A stretch of DNA of 32,000 nucleotides from Blochmannia endosymbiont of Camponotus nipponensis (GCF_009827135.1 NZ_CP046534.1:180001-212000), one strand, 5' to 3'; numbered from the stretch's first letter, positions 1 to 9,856 are shown. Program-made: numbers and translations. The notes: a model not told the origin generated them from the letters alone.

Positions 1-623
1 TGAGACATCATTGCAGCATGTATCGCATTAATTGCATTATAAAAATTACCATTGGTGCTATTTTTAAACCCTACGGGCGTATATAATCCAGAAGCTATTT
101 CTCTATGTACTTGAGATTCTGTAGTGCGTGCTCCAATAGATGACCAACTAAACAGCTCTCCAATATATAATGGAACATATGGATTTAACACTTCAGTCGC
201 AAGCGGTAGTCCAATTTTTATCAATTCTACCAACAAATGTCGAGCATTTTTTAAACCTAATGCAATATCATTAGAGCCATTCATATGTGGATCGTTGATA
301 AAACCTTTCCAACCTACACTAGTACGAGGCTTTTCTAAATACACACGCATAACAATATATAATTGCTCCTGCAATTCTATTGATAAAGTTTTTAATTTAT
401 TAGCATAATCAAAAGTAGCATTAACATCATGAATAGAACAGGGTCCACATATTACCAATAATCGCGGATCACGTCTGTGAATAATGTTCGCAATTATATT
501 TCTAGACTCAGCAATAGTTTGTTGCTCTACATGTGTTATAGGAAATTGTGTTTTTAATTGCTCAGGAGTAATAATTGGATACGTGTCATGAATATGAATA
601 TCATTACGCTCATTTTTATGCAT
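1..623 (-). CDS. aroF: 3-deoxy-7-phosphoheptulonate (DAHP) synthase, class I-alpha. N-terminal part only; the C-terminus lies left of the window.
   Basis: A leftward reading frame is open from the window edge to an ATG at about 621-623. It is absent from the ORF track because it runs off the edge. My translation: MHKNERNDIHIHDTYPIITPEQLKTQFPIT..RDPRLLVICGPCSIHD..IVMRVYLEKPRTSVGWKGFINDPHMNGS..FSWSSIGARTTESQVHREIASGL..PVGFKNSTNG. These are the conserved DAHP synthase blocks. The N-terminus aligns best with E. coli AroF as I recall it, and the gene lies downstream of rplS as aroF does in E. coli. An AroG or AroH paralogue is not excluded. Confidence 0.85.
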   Translation of the reverse strand, partial: MHKNERNDIHIHDTYPIITPEQLKTQFPITHVEQQTIAESRNIIANIIHRRDPRLLVICGPCSIHDVNATFDYANKLKTLSIELQEQLYIVMRVYLEKPRTSVGWKGFINDPHMNGSNDIALGLKNARHLLVELIKIGLPLATEVLNPYVPLYIGELFSWSSIGARTTESQVHREIASGLYTPVGFKNSTNGNFYNAINAIHAAMMS

Positions 624-1101
624 ATTATTAGCCTTAAATATAATTAGGTACCATAAAATGGAAATATGGCATTAAAATAGTCATTAAAAAATGACAATAT
701 AATCATATTATTATACACATATAAAGCTAATGTAAATACAGTTTTATATTATTATTATTATAATTAATAAATTATTGTAAGTTGATTAACTTATTATATC
801 AAATTTTTAATTTACATGAACTTATAATAATAAGTTATTATATTCACATGTATGTGTTATTTTATCAAAGATTCATACGATATAATGGGGAATTAACCTT
901 ATTAAAAATTTTTAATATTGCATTATATCAAAAGATTTTTTTAAAAAAATTTTTAAAACCTTATAAATCCATTAACTATATTATGGAAATAACAATTTTT
1001 AATACCTATTACAGTAATACTATGACAACAATTACGAAATTACAAATAATCGATATGTCATATTGCACAAATAAACACACTGCTCTGTAATAGAAAATAC
1101 T

Positions 1102-1452
1102 TTATGAATTAATACGTGCTTTGATGCGTGCAGATTTTCCACTAAGACTACGTAAATAATATAACTTTGCACGGCGAACAACACCAAATCGTTTGATTTT
1201 CACCTCTTCAATCATAGGAGAATGTGTCTGAAATACACGTTCTACGCCTTCTCCACTAGAAATTTTCCTTACAGTAAATGCAGAATTTAATCCACGATTT
1301 TTAATAGAAATCACTATCCCTTCAAAAATTTGCAAACGTTTTTTACTGCCCTCCATTACCCACGTCCTGACTTCTATCGTATCACCTGAACGTAAATACG
1401 GTATACTTTTTTTTATTTGTTTTTTTTCAAAGCTATTTATTGATTCATACAT
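1102..1452 (-). CDS. rplS: 50S ribosomal protein L19
   Basis: 116-aa ORF whose sequence (..[53 protein letters not shown]..) is typical of L19. It is the last gene of the conserved rpsP-rimM-trmD-rplS order. Confidence 0.97.
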   Translation of the reverse strand: MYESINSFEKKQIKKSIPYLRSGDTIEVRTWVMEGSKKRLQIFEGIVISIKNRGLNSAFTVRKISSGEGVERVFQTHSPMIEEVKIKRFGVVRRAKLYYLRSLSGKSARIKARINS

Positions 1453-1476
1453 ATATGTTATTGCCTCAATGTTTTT

Positions 1477-2223
1477 TTATGATAATAGATACTCATTTTT
1501 AAACTCATCAAGTAACTCCTGTTCTTCATGAGTTAATTGTATATCATTAAGTAAATCCGGCCTTTTAATCCAAGTACGACCTAAAGCTTGTTTCTGCCTC
1601 CAACGATTAATATTGCTATGGTTTCCTGATAATAATACTGATGGAACTTTTATTCCTGCAAAAACTGTTGGTCGTGTATAATGTGGGCACTCTAATATTC
1701 CTTTAGCAAAAGAATCGCATTCTTTTGAATCTGGATTTCCTAACACACCGGGAATCACTCTAGATATTGTGTCTATTAAAACCATTGCGGCTAATTCTCC
1801 TCCACTAAGTATATAATCTCCTATAGACAACTCCTCATCAATTTCTGTTTGAATTAACCTTTCATCAATACCTTGATATCTTCCACAAACTAAAATTAAC
1901 TTTTTATGATCATATGCTAACTTACGTACATATTCTTGATCCATCTTTTTTCCTTGGGGAGAAAGATAAATTACTTTAATATTATCTCCTAATTCGTTTT
2001 TCGCTTGATCGATTGCATTTTTCAAAGGTTCAACCATCATTAACATACCTGGCCCTCCCCCATAAGGACGAGAATCCACGCTATGGTGTTTATTATATGT
2101 AAATACACGCGGATTCCACAGTTTTATAGAAAGAATACCATGTCGAATGGATCGCCCTACTATTCCATAACGAATAATAGCCTGAAACATTTCCGGAAAT
2201 AAGGTAATTACACCTAACCACAT
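1477..2223 (-). CDS. trmD: tRNA (guanine37-N1)-methyltransferase
   Basis: 248-aa ORF starting [13 protein letters not shown]. It carries the SPOUT-knot region [29 protein letters not shown]. Position between rimM and rplS matches the conserved operon. Confidence 0.97.
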   Translation of the reverse strand: MWLGVITLFPEMFQAIIRYGIVGRSIRHGILSIKLWNPRVFTYNKHHSVDSRPYGGGPGMLMMVEPLKNAIDQAKNELGDNIKVIYLSPQGKKMDQEYVRKLAYDHKKLILVCGRYQGIDERLIQTEIDEELSIGDYILSGGELAAMVLIDTISRVIPGVLGNPDSKECDSFAKGILECPHYTRPTVFAGIKVPSVLLSGNHSNINRWRQKQALGRTWIKRPDLLNDIQLTHEEQELLDEFKNEYLLS

Positions 2224-2256
2224 ATATTTTTATATGACTTTATTTTTATAAACAAA

Positions 2257-2832
2257 TTAAAAATTAAGATCCCAATCTACAACAACGGTGTGCGTAACAA
2301 GATTAACATTTTTTATCACTCTTTCCATAATAAAAGGAATAAGACAATCTTTCATTCCATAAAAATCATCTTGACACATCTTTACTACTAAAATATCATT
2401 TGATGTAGTTTCTATTATATTCACGATATTCCCAAAAACAATTCCACTTATAGTAATTACTGTGCATCCTATTAAATCTTTCCAATAATATTCATTATCA
2501 TTTATACATGGAAACGTTGTTTCATCCACAATCATCTCACAACGATTTAATAATTGAGCGGATTCTCTATTTGATATTCCTTGTAGTTTAGCTATATAAC
2601 GTTTACCCATGAGTCTCCATCTATCTAGATACATTAATTTCCATTGAGATTGAAACATTACAAAATACGGATTGTATTGAAATATATCATCATCTTGTTC
2701 AGTAAAAGAAATGATTCTTGTCCATCCTAATATACCATACGCACCTGCTATTATCCCTATTACTACAGGATAAAGAGGCGGCACCACTTTAACATCTTTT
2801 TCATCAGGTTTTATATTAACTTGTTTCTTCAT
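2257..2832 (-). CDS. rimM: 16S rRNA processing protein RimM
   Basis: 191-aa ORF colinear with E. coli RimM (..[18 protein letters not shown]..; [10 protein letters not shown]; SNDILVVK; ending VDWD..F). Its start ATG overlaps the rpsP stop (ATGA, 2829-2832). Confidence 0.93.
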   Translation of the reverse strand: MKKQVNIKPDEKDVKVVPPLYPVVIGIIAGAYGILGWTRIISFTEQDDDIFQYNPYFVMFQSQWKLMYLDRWRLMGKRYIAKLQGISNRESAQLLNRCEMIVDETTFPCINDNEYYWKDLIGCTVITISGIVFGNIVNIIETTSNDILVVKMCQDDFYGMKDCLIPFIMERVIKNVNLVTHTVVVDWDLNF

Positions 2833-3065
2833 AAATTCTTTATTAATTTCACAACACGTTCAGATGGACTCGCTCCTCTATGTAACCAATACTTTACACG
2901 GTCTGAGTTTATATGTAGTACTTTATTCTCTCCAAATACCATTGGGTGAAAAAATCCAATCCGTTCAATAAAACGACCGTCGCGTGCACTTCTACTGTCA
3001 GTGACAACTACATAATAAAAAGGGGCTTTTTTACAACCTCCCCGTGCTAGTCTAATTCTTACCAT
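2829..3065 (-). CDS. rpsP: 30S ribosomal protein S16
   Basis: 78-aa [44 protein letters not shown].. matches the S16 family. It is the first gene of the rpsP operon. Confidence 0.97.
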   Translation of the reverse strand: MVRIRLARGGCKKAPFYYVVVTDSRSARDGRFIERIGFFHPMVFGENKVLHINSDRVKYWLHRGASPSERVVKLIKNL

Positions 3066-3158
3066 AAATATATGTACCCTTCACGTAAAACTAAAAAACA
3101 AACCAACTCACCATAAACAACATAAACATATTCCTGATCTAGGATATCAAAACATTTT

Positions 3159-4520
3159 CTAACTAACTGGAAATTTAAATGATATTTTGTTTTTTAATGT
3201 ACGTATCATTCGAAAAATTTCATTTTTATTTATTTTTTGCATCACAACACGCATATGATTACAGGTGTTAAGTAACTTAGTCACTTCTTGTACATGTACT
3301 CCAGATCCATTTGCAATACGTTTCTTTCTAGATCCTTTAATGATATCTGGATTCATACGCTCTTCCACGGTCATAGAATTAATTATAGCTTCCATGTGTA
3401 CAAACTCATTGTCATAAGTATACGATTTAACGCTATCTAAACCCATTCCCAAATTAAAAGGCAATCTACTTATTATTTTGTTAATTCCTCCCATATTTCG
3501 TATTTGTTTGACATAACCTAAAAAATCACATAAATTAAAATCTACACTGCTTTTATTAATATATTGTTTTTCTTTAACCCATGCCACTCTATCTTCAATA
3601 TCCTCAATTAACGAGAGTATATCACCCATTCCAAGTATACGTCCAGCTATCCTATATGGATTAAAAGACTCTAATTCATCAACTTTCTCACCCGTTCCTA
3701 TAAATTTTATAGGTTTTCCAGTAAGATATTTAATAGATAAAGCCACGCCTCCTCGTGCATCCCCATCCACTTTAGTTAGAATAATCCCCGTCAGTGGTAA
3801 AGTTTTATTAAACGCATTTATACTATTAACAGCCACCTGTCCAACCATAGCATCTACAACGAATAAAGTTTCTACTGGGTGAACAACATTATGAATTTCA
3901 GATAACTCTGAAAGCAAAAAATCATCTGTATCCAAACAACCGGCAGTATCTATTAATAGAATATCATAAAAAAATGATCTTGATGCAATAGCTGCAGCTT
4001 TCACTATATCAATTGGTGTACTTCCAACATCGTAATCTGAAAAAAACTGGATATCTTCAGAATTTATTAATGATTTTAATTGTTTCTCGCCTGCTGGTCT
4101 ATATACATCTGTTGATACTACTAATATCTTTTTGTTTTTTTTAATTTTTAAAAATTTAGCAAGCTTTCCAACAGTAGTAGTTTTGCCAGAACCTTGCGCA
4201 CCCACTACCAATATTACCGTTGGGTTTTGAGCATCTAAATTCAAATTATTAGAGCCTTCTCCCATGATTTTTACTAAAGAACTATGCATAATTTTAACAA
4301 ATTCTTGACCTGGAGTTAAATGTTGATTTATATCCTTTCCAAGGATACCATCTTTAACTTTATTAATAAAACTATGTACCACAGGTAATGCTACATCTCC
4401 TTCTAACAAAGACAACTTAACTTTATTTAAAGTTTCTCTAATACTTTTCTCTGTTAAACGTCCAGACCCTACAATATTATGTATTGATTGTGATATTTTA
4501 TTAGATAAGTTTTTAAACAT
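3159..4520 (-). CDS. ffh: Signal recognition particle protein Ffh
   Basis: SRP54-type GTPase motifs GAQGSGKTTTVGKLA, DTAG and TKVDGDARGG, followed by an M-domain (MEAIINSMTVEERMNPDIIKGSRKKRIANGSG). The track ORF extends to 4529 with a GTG start. The ATG at 4520 (MFKNLSNKISQ..) aligns with the E. coli N-terminus MFDNLTDRLS, so I prefer it. The start is uncertain by 9 nt. Confidence 0.96.
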   Translation of the reverse strand: MFKNLSNKISQSIHNIVGSGRLTEKSIRETLNKVKLSLLEGDVALPVVHSFINKVKDGILGKDINQHLTPGQEFVKIMHSSLVKIMGEGSNNLNLDAQNPTVILVVGAQGSGKTTTVGKLAKFLKIKKNKKILVVSTDVYRPAGEKQLKSLINSEDIQFFSDYDVGSTPIDIVKAAAIASRSFFYDILLIDTAGCLDTDDFLLSELSEIHNVVHPVETLFVVDAMVGQVAVNSINAFNKTLPLTGIILTKVDGDARGGVALSIKYLTGKPIKFIGTGEKVDELESFNPYRIAGRILGMGDILSLIEDIEDRVAWVKEKQYINKSSVDFNLCDFLGYVKQIRNMGGINKIISRLPFNLGMGLDSVKSYTYDNEFVHMEAIINSMTVEERMNPDIIKGSRKKRIANGSGVHVQEVTKLLNTCNHMRVVMQKINKNEIFRMIRTLKNKISFKFPVS

Positions 4521-4682
4521 TTTTATCACTCAAAATTGAAGCCAAAATTTGTAATAAATTTATTATAAAAGCACACCAAAAAACATAAAAATCTTTAATA
4601 TTTCGTGTTTTTATCATAATAACATAAAAAACTTATGAAATTAAATCAAATTTTATTTTTAATAATTCAACATAACATACAA

Positions 4683-4756
4683 TACACCCGAGAGGATTCG
4701 AACCTCCGATCGCTCGGTTCGTAGCCGAGTGCTCTATCCAATTGAGCTACGGGTGC
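4683..4756 (-). tRNA. argV: tRNA-Arg, anticodon ACG
   Basis: The reverse complement reads GCACCCGTAGCTCAATTGGATAGAGCACTCGGCTACGAACCGAGCGATCGGAGGTTCGAATCCTCTCGGGTGTA. It folds as a cloverleaf with anticodon loop CUACGAA and T-loop GGTTCGAATCC, and closely resembles E. coli argQZYV. The terminal acceptor pair is G1:U72. No CCA is encoded; TTG follows the discriminator A. Confidence 0.9.
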
Positions 4757-4770
4757 ACTGTTACTGATGA

Positions 4771-4861
4771 CAGTGAGGGAGGGATTCGAACCCTCGATAC
4801 AGCCTTCACACCATATACTCCCTTAGCAGGGGAGTGCCTTCATCCTCTCGGCCACCTCACT
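4771..4861 (-). tRNA. serV: tRNA-Ser, anticodon GCU (class II, long variable arm)
   Basis: The reverse complement reads AGTGAGGTGGCCGAGAGGATGAAGGCACTCCCCTGCTAAGGGAGTATATGGTGTGAAGGCTGTATCGAGGGTTCGAATCCCTCCCTCACTG. Anticodon loop is CUGCUAA, with a long extra arm and T-loop GGTTCGAATCC. It has the same position downstream of csrA as serV in E. coli. No CCA is encoded; TCA follows the discriminator G. Confidence 0.9.
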
Positions 4862-5020
4862 GAATATTTAACCCACTTTTTAATTATTGTCCTATTCTTC
4901 TTCCCTTTTCATGATCAAAAAAATTTTCTGTTACATTACGTTGTTTTTACTTAATTTACAACTAAATTCTTACGTATAAAACTATCATTTAATAGAAATC
5001 TATTTAAAAAATAAAAAAAT

Positions 5021-5206
5021 TCAACACAAGTTTTGTTGTGATTTTTCAGTTTTAATACGTTGATAAATTTCTTCTCGGTGTATAGATATCTCCTTAGGAG
5101 CATTTACACCAATACGGACTTGGTTTCCTTTAATACCTAATACAGTTACTGTAATCTCATCTCCAATGACGAGAGTTTCAGCAACTCTTCGAGTCAGAAT
5201 AAGCAT
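5021..5206 (-). CDS. csrA: Carbon storage regulator CsrA (RNA-binding translational regulator)
   Basis: 61-aa [54 protein letters not shown] is nearly identical in pattern to enterobacterial CsrA. An AAGGAG Shine-Dalgarno lies 6 nt upstream of the start. Confidence 0.96.
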   Translation of the reverse strand: MLILTRRVAETLVIGDEITVTVLGIKGNQVRIGVNAPKEISIHREEIYQRIKTEKSQQNLC

Positions 5207-5212
5207 TCTTTA

Positions 5213-5218
5213 CTCCTT
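5213..5218 (-). promoter_or_regulatory. Shine-Dalgarno sequence of csrA (AAGGAG)
   Basis: The minus strand reads tcAAGGAGtaaagaATG. This is a consensus SD at canonical spacing. It is unusually strong for this AT-rich window and contains a GGA core. Confidence 0.6.
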
Positions 5219-5398
5219 GAAAAATTCAAATAACCAGGACATTTCTTAAGATTACATTGTTTTTACAATATTAAAAACACGTAATAAACATCTTCACATA
5301 ATACTTTAACTCTTTTATAAATTTTCAGTGTACCATTTTAAAAACATATTAATAGTTTTTGTTTAAAACTAACTTCTATAGTACAACACATAAATTAT

Positions 5399-8041
5399 TT
5401 ACAGTATATCGTGCAATAAAGAATCTACTTCGATAGATACTTTAGATATAGGTACCATATTATTAATACCGGCTTGCGCTAAATCAGGTTTACCTCCTCC
5501 TTTTCCCCCAAGAGTGTTTATGATACAATGCACTAAATCTAACGCATTTATACGGTTACGTTCTATTAAATCTTTAGTTACAGCTACCACTAAGTTAATT
5601 TTGTTGTTCTTATGAATATTAATAAGAACAATTACTCCTGATTTTAGTTTGCATTTAAGACAATCTGCTGTACTAATTAAGGTTTTTGGTGCCATATTAG
5701 TAACTTGTTTTATTAAGACTCGTATATCTTTAACATAATAAATATCTCTAATAAAAGATAAACTGTGTTGTATAGTTTGTTTATCTCTTAAATATTCTAT
5801 TTCTTTTTCTAATTTTCGACAACGAGATTTACATTCAGATATTTTAGTTAATACATTCTTATCATCACTTTGTAGCGATTGAAAAATATTTTGAAGCAAC
5901 ATTTTATAATGATGTATTATAGATAATGCTACATCACTAGTTACCGCCTCAATGCGTCTAATACCAGAAGCAATGCCATACTCTTTAGTAATTACAAACA
6001 CACCAATTTCTCCGGTACGCGTAGCATGAGTTCCTCCGCATAATTCAGTAGAAAAATTCCCCATGCTTAAAACACGTACTATTTTATCATATTGTTTATT
6101 TCTCAGCATCACAACACCACTATTTCTCGCTACTTCTATTGGCATCTCATCAACTGCAATGGGAAAATTCTCCCAAATTTTTTCATTTACAATATTTTCT
6201 ACTTTATTTATTTGTTTATTTTGCATTGCTTCATGATGATAAAAATCAAAACGTAAGTAACGATCGTTTACCAATGATCCCTTTTGTATTACATGAGGCC
6301 CAAGAATATGAAATAATGCAGCACGTAACAAATGTGTAGCAGAATGATTTAAAGAAATATTTTTCCTTTTATATTGATCTACTTGAGCAACTATTTCTTC
6401 TCCAAAGTTAATCGCACCACTTTTTACTATTCCTAAATGACCTATTATTTGACCATATTTTTTTGTATTAGTAACTTGAAAAACACCAGATGTAGTCTTT
6501 AATTGACCACAATCTCCTATTTGCCCCCCAGACTCTCCATAAAACGGAGTACTATTTAAAATTACTATCCCTTCTTCTTCTGAAGAAATTTTATTTACTA
6601 ATTTGTTTTCTTGAAATAATGCTATTACTCGAGATTTACAAATAAGTTCATTATATCCAATAAATATATTCGATATATCACAACGCGATATATTTTCGCA
6701 AGTTGCATCAAATTTATTTGATGCTTTGGTGCATTTTTTTTGTATTATCATAGATCGATCAAATCCTACTTGATCTACGTGTATACCACGTTTTAAACAA
6801 ATATCTTTAGTTAATTCTAACGGCAATCCATAAGTATCATATAAATAAAACGCTATTTCTCCTTTTAAAATATTTCCTGTTAATTGCACCAATTGCTTTT
6901 CTAATAACTCTAAACCTCTTTTTAAAGTATCTTCAAATAATTTTTCTTCAGTAATTAAAATTTTTTCTATAAAGTTTTTGCTTGCATATAATAACTCAGC
7001 TATATGATTCATATGTTCAATCAGAGGGGTTACTAATTTATAAAAAAAAATATCATTTATACCTAATCTTTTCCCATGAAGAATTGCTCTACGAATAATA
7101 CGGCGTAATACATAACCACGCCCCTCGTTAGAAGGAATCACTCCATCTTGAATTAAAAATGAACATGCACGAATATGATCAGCTATTACATACAAAGATC
7201 TATTCATATAGATATCATCATTAACTTGAACAATTTCAGATATAGAAGATATTAATTTTTTGAATATATCAATAGAATAACTACTATGCACTCCCTGTAA
7301 TATTGAAGTAATGCGTTCTAAACCCATTCCAGTATCTACTGAAAACATAGGCAGCGATAAAAGAAGACCATTTTCTTGACGATAAAATTCCATAAACACT
7401 AAATTCCAAATTTCAACATACCTCTCTCCGAATCCTTCCAGACTACCAGGAGGTCCTCCATAGAATCGATCTCCATGATCATAAAATATCTCTGAACACG
7501 GCCCACACGGCCCAACATTTCCCATCTGCCAAAAATTATCAGAATCACAAAAATCATTAATATTGCTACCAATTTTAACAACATGTTCATTAGGAATATC
7601 TATTTTTTTTACCCAAATATCATAAGATTCACAATCACGACTGTGCACTGTGACCCATAGTTTATTTTTAGGTAAATTAAACCAATGAGGATCAGTTAAT
7701 AACTCCCAAGCAAACTGAATAGCTTCATCTTTAAAATAATCCCCAAAACTAAAATTACCTAACATCTCAAAAAATGTTAAATGTCGTTCAGTATATCCAA
7801 CATTATCCAGATCATTATGCTTACCTCCAGCACGCACACAACGTTGAGCGGTAGCAACACGCCTAAATAATGGCTTATCAATACCTAGAAATACATTTTT
7901 AAACTGATTCATACCAGAATTAGTAAACAACAAAGTTTGATCGTTATTAGGAATTAAAGTACTACCTAAAACAATTTCATGTCCTTTTCTTTTAAAAAAA
8001 TTAAGAAATTCTTGACGAACATCACCAATATTTTTGTACAT
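5399..8041 (-). CDS. alaS: Alanine--tRNA ligase
   Basis: Class II motifs (..[18 protein letters not shown]..), editing-domain HSATHLL, and C-terminal [14 protein letters not shown]. The track ORF extends to 8086. The ATG at 8041 ([24 protein letters not shown]) aligns with the E. coli N-terminus [24 protein letters not shown], so the 15-codon extension is probably not translated. Confidence 0.97.
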   Translation of the reverse strand: MYKNIGDVRQEFLNFFKRKGHEIVLGSTLIPNNDQTLLFTNSGMNQFKNVFLGIDKPLFRRVATAQRCVRAGGKHNDLDNVGYTERHLTFFEMLGNFSFGDYFKDEAIQFAWELLTDPHWFNLPKNKLWVTVHSRDCESYDIWVKKIDIPNEHVVKIGSNINDFCDSDNFWQMGNVGPCGPCSEIFYDHGDRFYGGPPGSLEGFGERYVEIWNLVFMEFYRQENGLLLSLPMFSVDTGMGLERITSILQGVHSSYSIDIFKKLISSISEIVQVNDDIYMNRSLYVIADHIRACSFLIQDGVIPSNEGRGYVLRRIIRRAILHGKRLGINDIFFYKLVTPLIEHMNHIAELLYASKNFIEKILITEEKLFEDTLKRGLELLEKQLVQLTGNILKGEIAFYLYDTYGLPLELTKDICLKRGIHVDQVGFDRSMIIQKKCTKASNKFDATCENISRCDISNIFIGYNELICKSRVIALFQENKLVNKISSEEEGIVILNSTPFYGESGGQIGDCGQLKTTSGVFQVTNTKKYGQIIGHLGIVKSGAINFGEEIVAQVDQYKRKNISLNHSATHLLRAALFHILGPHVIQKGSLVNDRYLRFDFYHHEAMQNKQINKVENIVNEKIWENFPIAVDEMPIEVARNSGVVMLRNKQYDKIVRVLSMGNFSTELCGGTHATRTGEIGVFVITKEYGIASGIRRIEAVTSDVALSIIHHYKMLLQNIFQSLQSDDKNVLTKISECKSRCRKLEKEIEYLRDKQTIQHSLSFIRDIYYVKDIRVLIKQVTNMAPKTLISTADCLKCKLKSGVIVLINIHKNNKINLVVAVTKDLIERNRINALDLVHCIINTLGGKGGGKPDLAQAGINNMVPISKVSIEVDSLLHDIL

Positions 8042-8852
8042 ACAGATATAAATTCCATCATGGAACAAAAATTCATACACATACAAATTATATAATTACA
8101 CATTATAAATAATTTTCAAAAATATAAAAAAATCAAAACTAAAGAACATTATTTATATTTCATGTATATGAAAAATTCATTTTACTTATAAAAATTTGCT
8201 AATTACTACTAACAATAGAATTACTTATTATTCTACAAATAAATGTTAAAAAATACAAAGTTTTATTAATATACACCAATATTTTTATATATAAATACCC
8301 ATAATCATGAAACCATTTAAATAAAATTAAAAAATTAGTTCCACAAAAATTTATAATATAAATAGAAAAATTTCTAATAGCTAATACATATATATTTAAT
8401 TGCATACTATAAACTATAGTATGCGTACATACATAATTTTATTGCTAGTAAAATTAATTATCATCTATACATAGATGATATATCTTCTCGAATATTTATT
8501 ATTTTAAATATATTTTCTATACATAATGAAAAAAATAAATGTAACTACAATCTTAATTCAACACAAATTACTTATCAAAATCACACTCCAACAAAGTACT
8601 ATCTATTTATATACATAAATATTACGTACAAGACACAGTTAATTCTAAGATAATTACATACAATTAATGCTTACAAAATAAAATATAAACATACATATAT
8701 CTGTAGATATATCGAATACTAGACTATAAACTACTAAAATTAAGATATTAAAATATAATAAAAAAAATCAAAAACATAAAACAACATTTATTTATATAAA
8801 TACACATTTATATACTTAAATTTTAAAATGTTAATTCATAAATAATTTTAAA

Positions 8853-9806
8853 TTATCTATTTGGAAGGTAAAATAAAGGATCTACAGATTTTCCTTTATA
8901 TCTAATTTCAAAATGTAATTTTACTTCATTAGTTCCACTATTACCCATAGTAGCAATTTTATCACCCATTTGAACTTTTTGTTGTTCAGTAACTAATATC
9001 ATATCATTATGCGCATACGCGCTAAGATAATCTCTGCCATGCTTAATAATAATCAAATTACCATATCCTTTCAATGTACTACCAATATATACTACCCTGC
9101 CATCAGCAGCAGCTAATATAGGTTGACCTAGCATTCCAGATATATCAATCCCTTTATTACCTCTCTCAGTATCAGAAAAAACATTAATAATTGTACCATT
9201 TGTTGGCCAATACCAATATTTAGTCATCTCTAATTCTGACACTTCTGATCCATAAAACATATCATGAGATATTTTCATATCAGAAAAACTATTTTTATTC
9301 GTTCGAAAAAAAAATAATTGTTTTTTAATAAAAAGAAACATTACCTTCACAGGATTATCGCTATTTTTAAAAAAATTTAAAAATTTTCTCGATATTTTTT
9401 CTAAATACGACCATATGATGGTATCATCATATAATTTTAAAACTTGACCTGCTTTTAATACATTTATATCTTTAATATTATTTATTTTTGCCAAATTTAA
9501 GCAATCATTTCCTGTAATCCAAGCAATGTAAAATAAAGTATCACCAGTTCTTACTGTATATATAAATTCATGATAAGAATTATAATTTGTATTATTATAT
9601 TCATGAACACCAGTAATGGACTTCTTCTTTTGTTGAGATTGTATATTTATGTCTTTTTCTTTATTTTGAAGCATATAGCTATTAACATCAGAATCCATGG
9701 AACATGACGCAACTTCACTATAGTGTCTATAGGCGCTATTGCTAGAACATCCTGCCAGCAACACAAGAATCACCATTCTATACATTATTGATGTACTATC
9801 TAGCAT
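8853..9806 (-). CDS. nlpD: Murein hydrolase activator lipoprotein NlpD (LysM plus degenerate LytM/M23 domain)
   Basis: Lipobox LLAGCSS lies near the N-terminus. There is a LysM block YTVRTGDTLFYIAWITGND..LAKINNIKD.NVLKAGQVLKL. The LytM block is NKGIDISG..GQPILAAADGRVVYIG..KGYGNLIIIKHG.DYLSAYAHND..KLHFEIRYKGKSVDP, nearly colinear with E. coli NlpD. The start could instead be the ATG at 9785 (MYRMVILVLLAGC). Confidence 0.9.
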   Translation of the reverse strand: MLDSTSIMYRMVILVLLAGCSSNSAYRHYSEVASCSMDSDVNSYMLQNKEKDINIQSQQKKKSITGVHEYNNTNYNSYHEFIYTVRTGDTLFYIAWITGNDCLNLAKINNIKDINVLKAGQVLKLYDDTIIWSYLEKISRKFLNFFKNSDNPVKVMFLFIKKQLFFFRTNKNSFSDMKISHDMFYGSEVSELEMTKYWYWPTNGTIINVFSDTERGNKGIDISGMLGQPILAAADGRVVYIGSTLKGYGNLIIIKHGRDYLSAYAHNDMILVTEQQKVQMGDKIATMGNSGTNEVKLHFEIRYKGKSVDPLFYLPNR

Positions 9807-9856
9807 AATAGATATACTGAGCTCCTTTACTCCCTTGTTTATTCTCTATTGACAAT

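Noticed and set aside
124-408. 94-aa plus-strand ORF in the track.
   Set aside because: It lies entirely antisense to the DAHP synthase reading frame, whose translation shows strong family motifs. It is an antisense shadow ORF with a GTG start and no recognisable domain.
4742-4954. 70-aa plus-strand ORF (TTG start).
   Set aside because: It runs antisense through both tRNA genes. Its relatively GC-rich part is simply the complement of the tRNAs.
5207-5398. A csrB/csrC-like decoy sRNA (clustered GGA hairpin motifs) near csrA or in the large spacers.
   Set aside because: GGA motifs in the spacers are isolated: the csrA SD, cacaggatca at about 30181 and the aceE SD. There is nothing like the repeated CAGGAUG-loop pattern of CsrB.
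6139-7590. Track ORFs 6139-6339 (+) and 7399-7590 (-) inside alaS.
   Set aside because: They are embedded in alternative or antisense frames of a clearly intact alaS and have no motifs. They are typical shadow ORFs.
8042-8086. N-terminal extensions of track ORFs: alaS to 8086, ffh to 4529, cysH to 17868, erpA to 25875, cysG to 16780, and possibly ispD to 11696 and nlpD to 9806.
   Set aside because: Alignment with the E. coli N-termini I recall supports the internal starts. The extensions have no counterpart and, for cysH, would overlap cysI by 38 nt. For ispD and nlpD I kept the long form but flagged the uncertainty.
8199-8405. 68-aa minus-strand ORF in the alaS/nlpD spacer, and the similar 68-aa ORF at 21827-22033 (+).
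   Set aside because: Their I/N/F/Y/K/L-rich low-complexity translations are what AT-rich non-coding DNA yields. Neither has a Shine-Dalgarno. Their length is near what chance allows at this composition. The second also overlaps the eno 3-prime end on the opposite strand.
9849-9854. TTGACA hexamer (-35 consensus) on the plus strand upstream of nlpD, and other promoter-like hexamers in spacers.
   Set aside because: TTGACA- and TATAAT-like hexamers are frequent by chance in DNA this AT-rich. This one points away from any plus-strand gene. I did not find convincing -35/-10 pairs with proper spacing that I could defend without TSS data.
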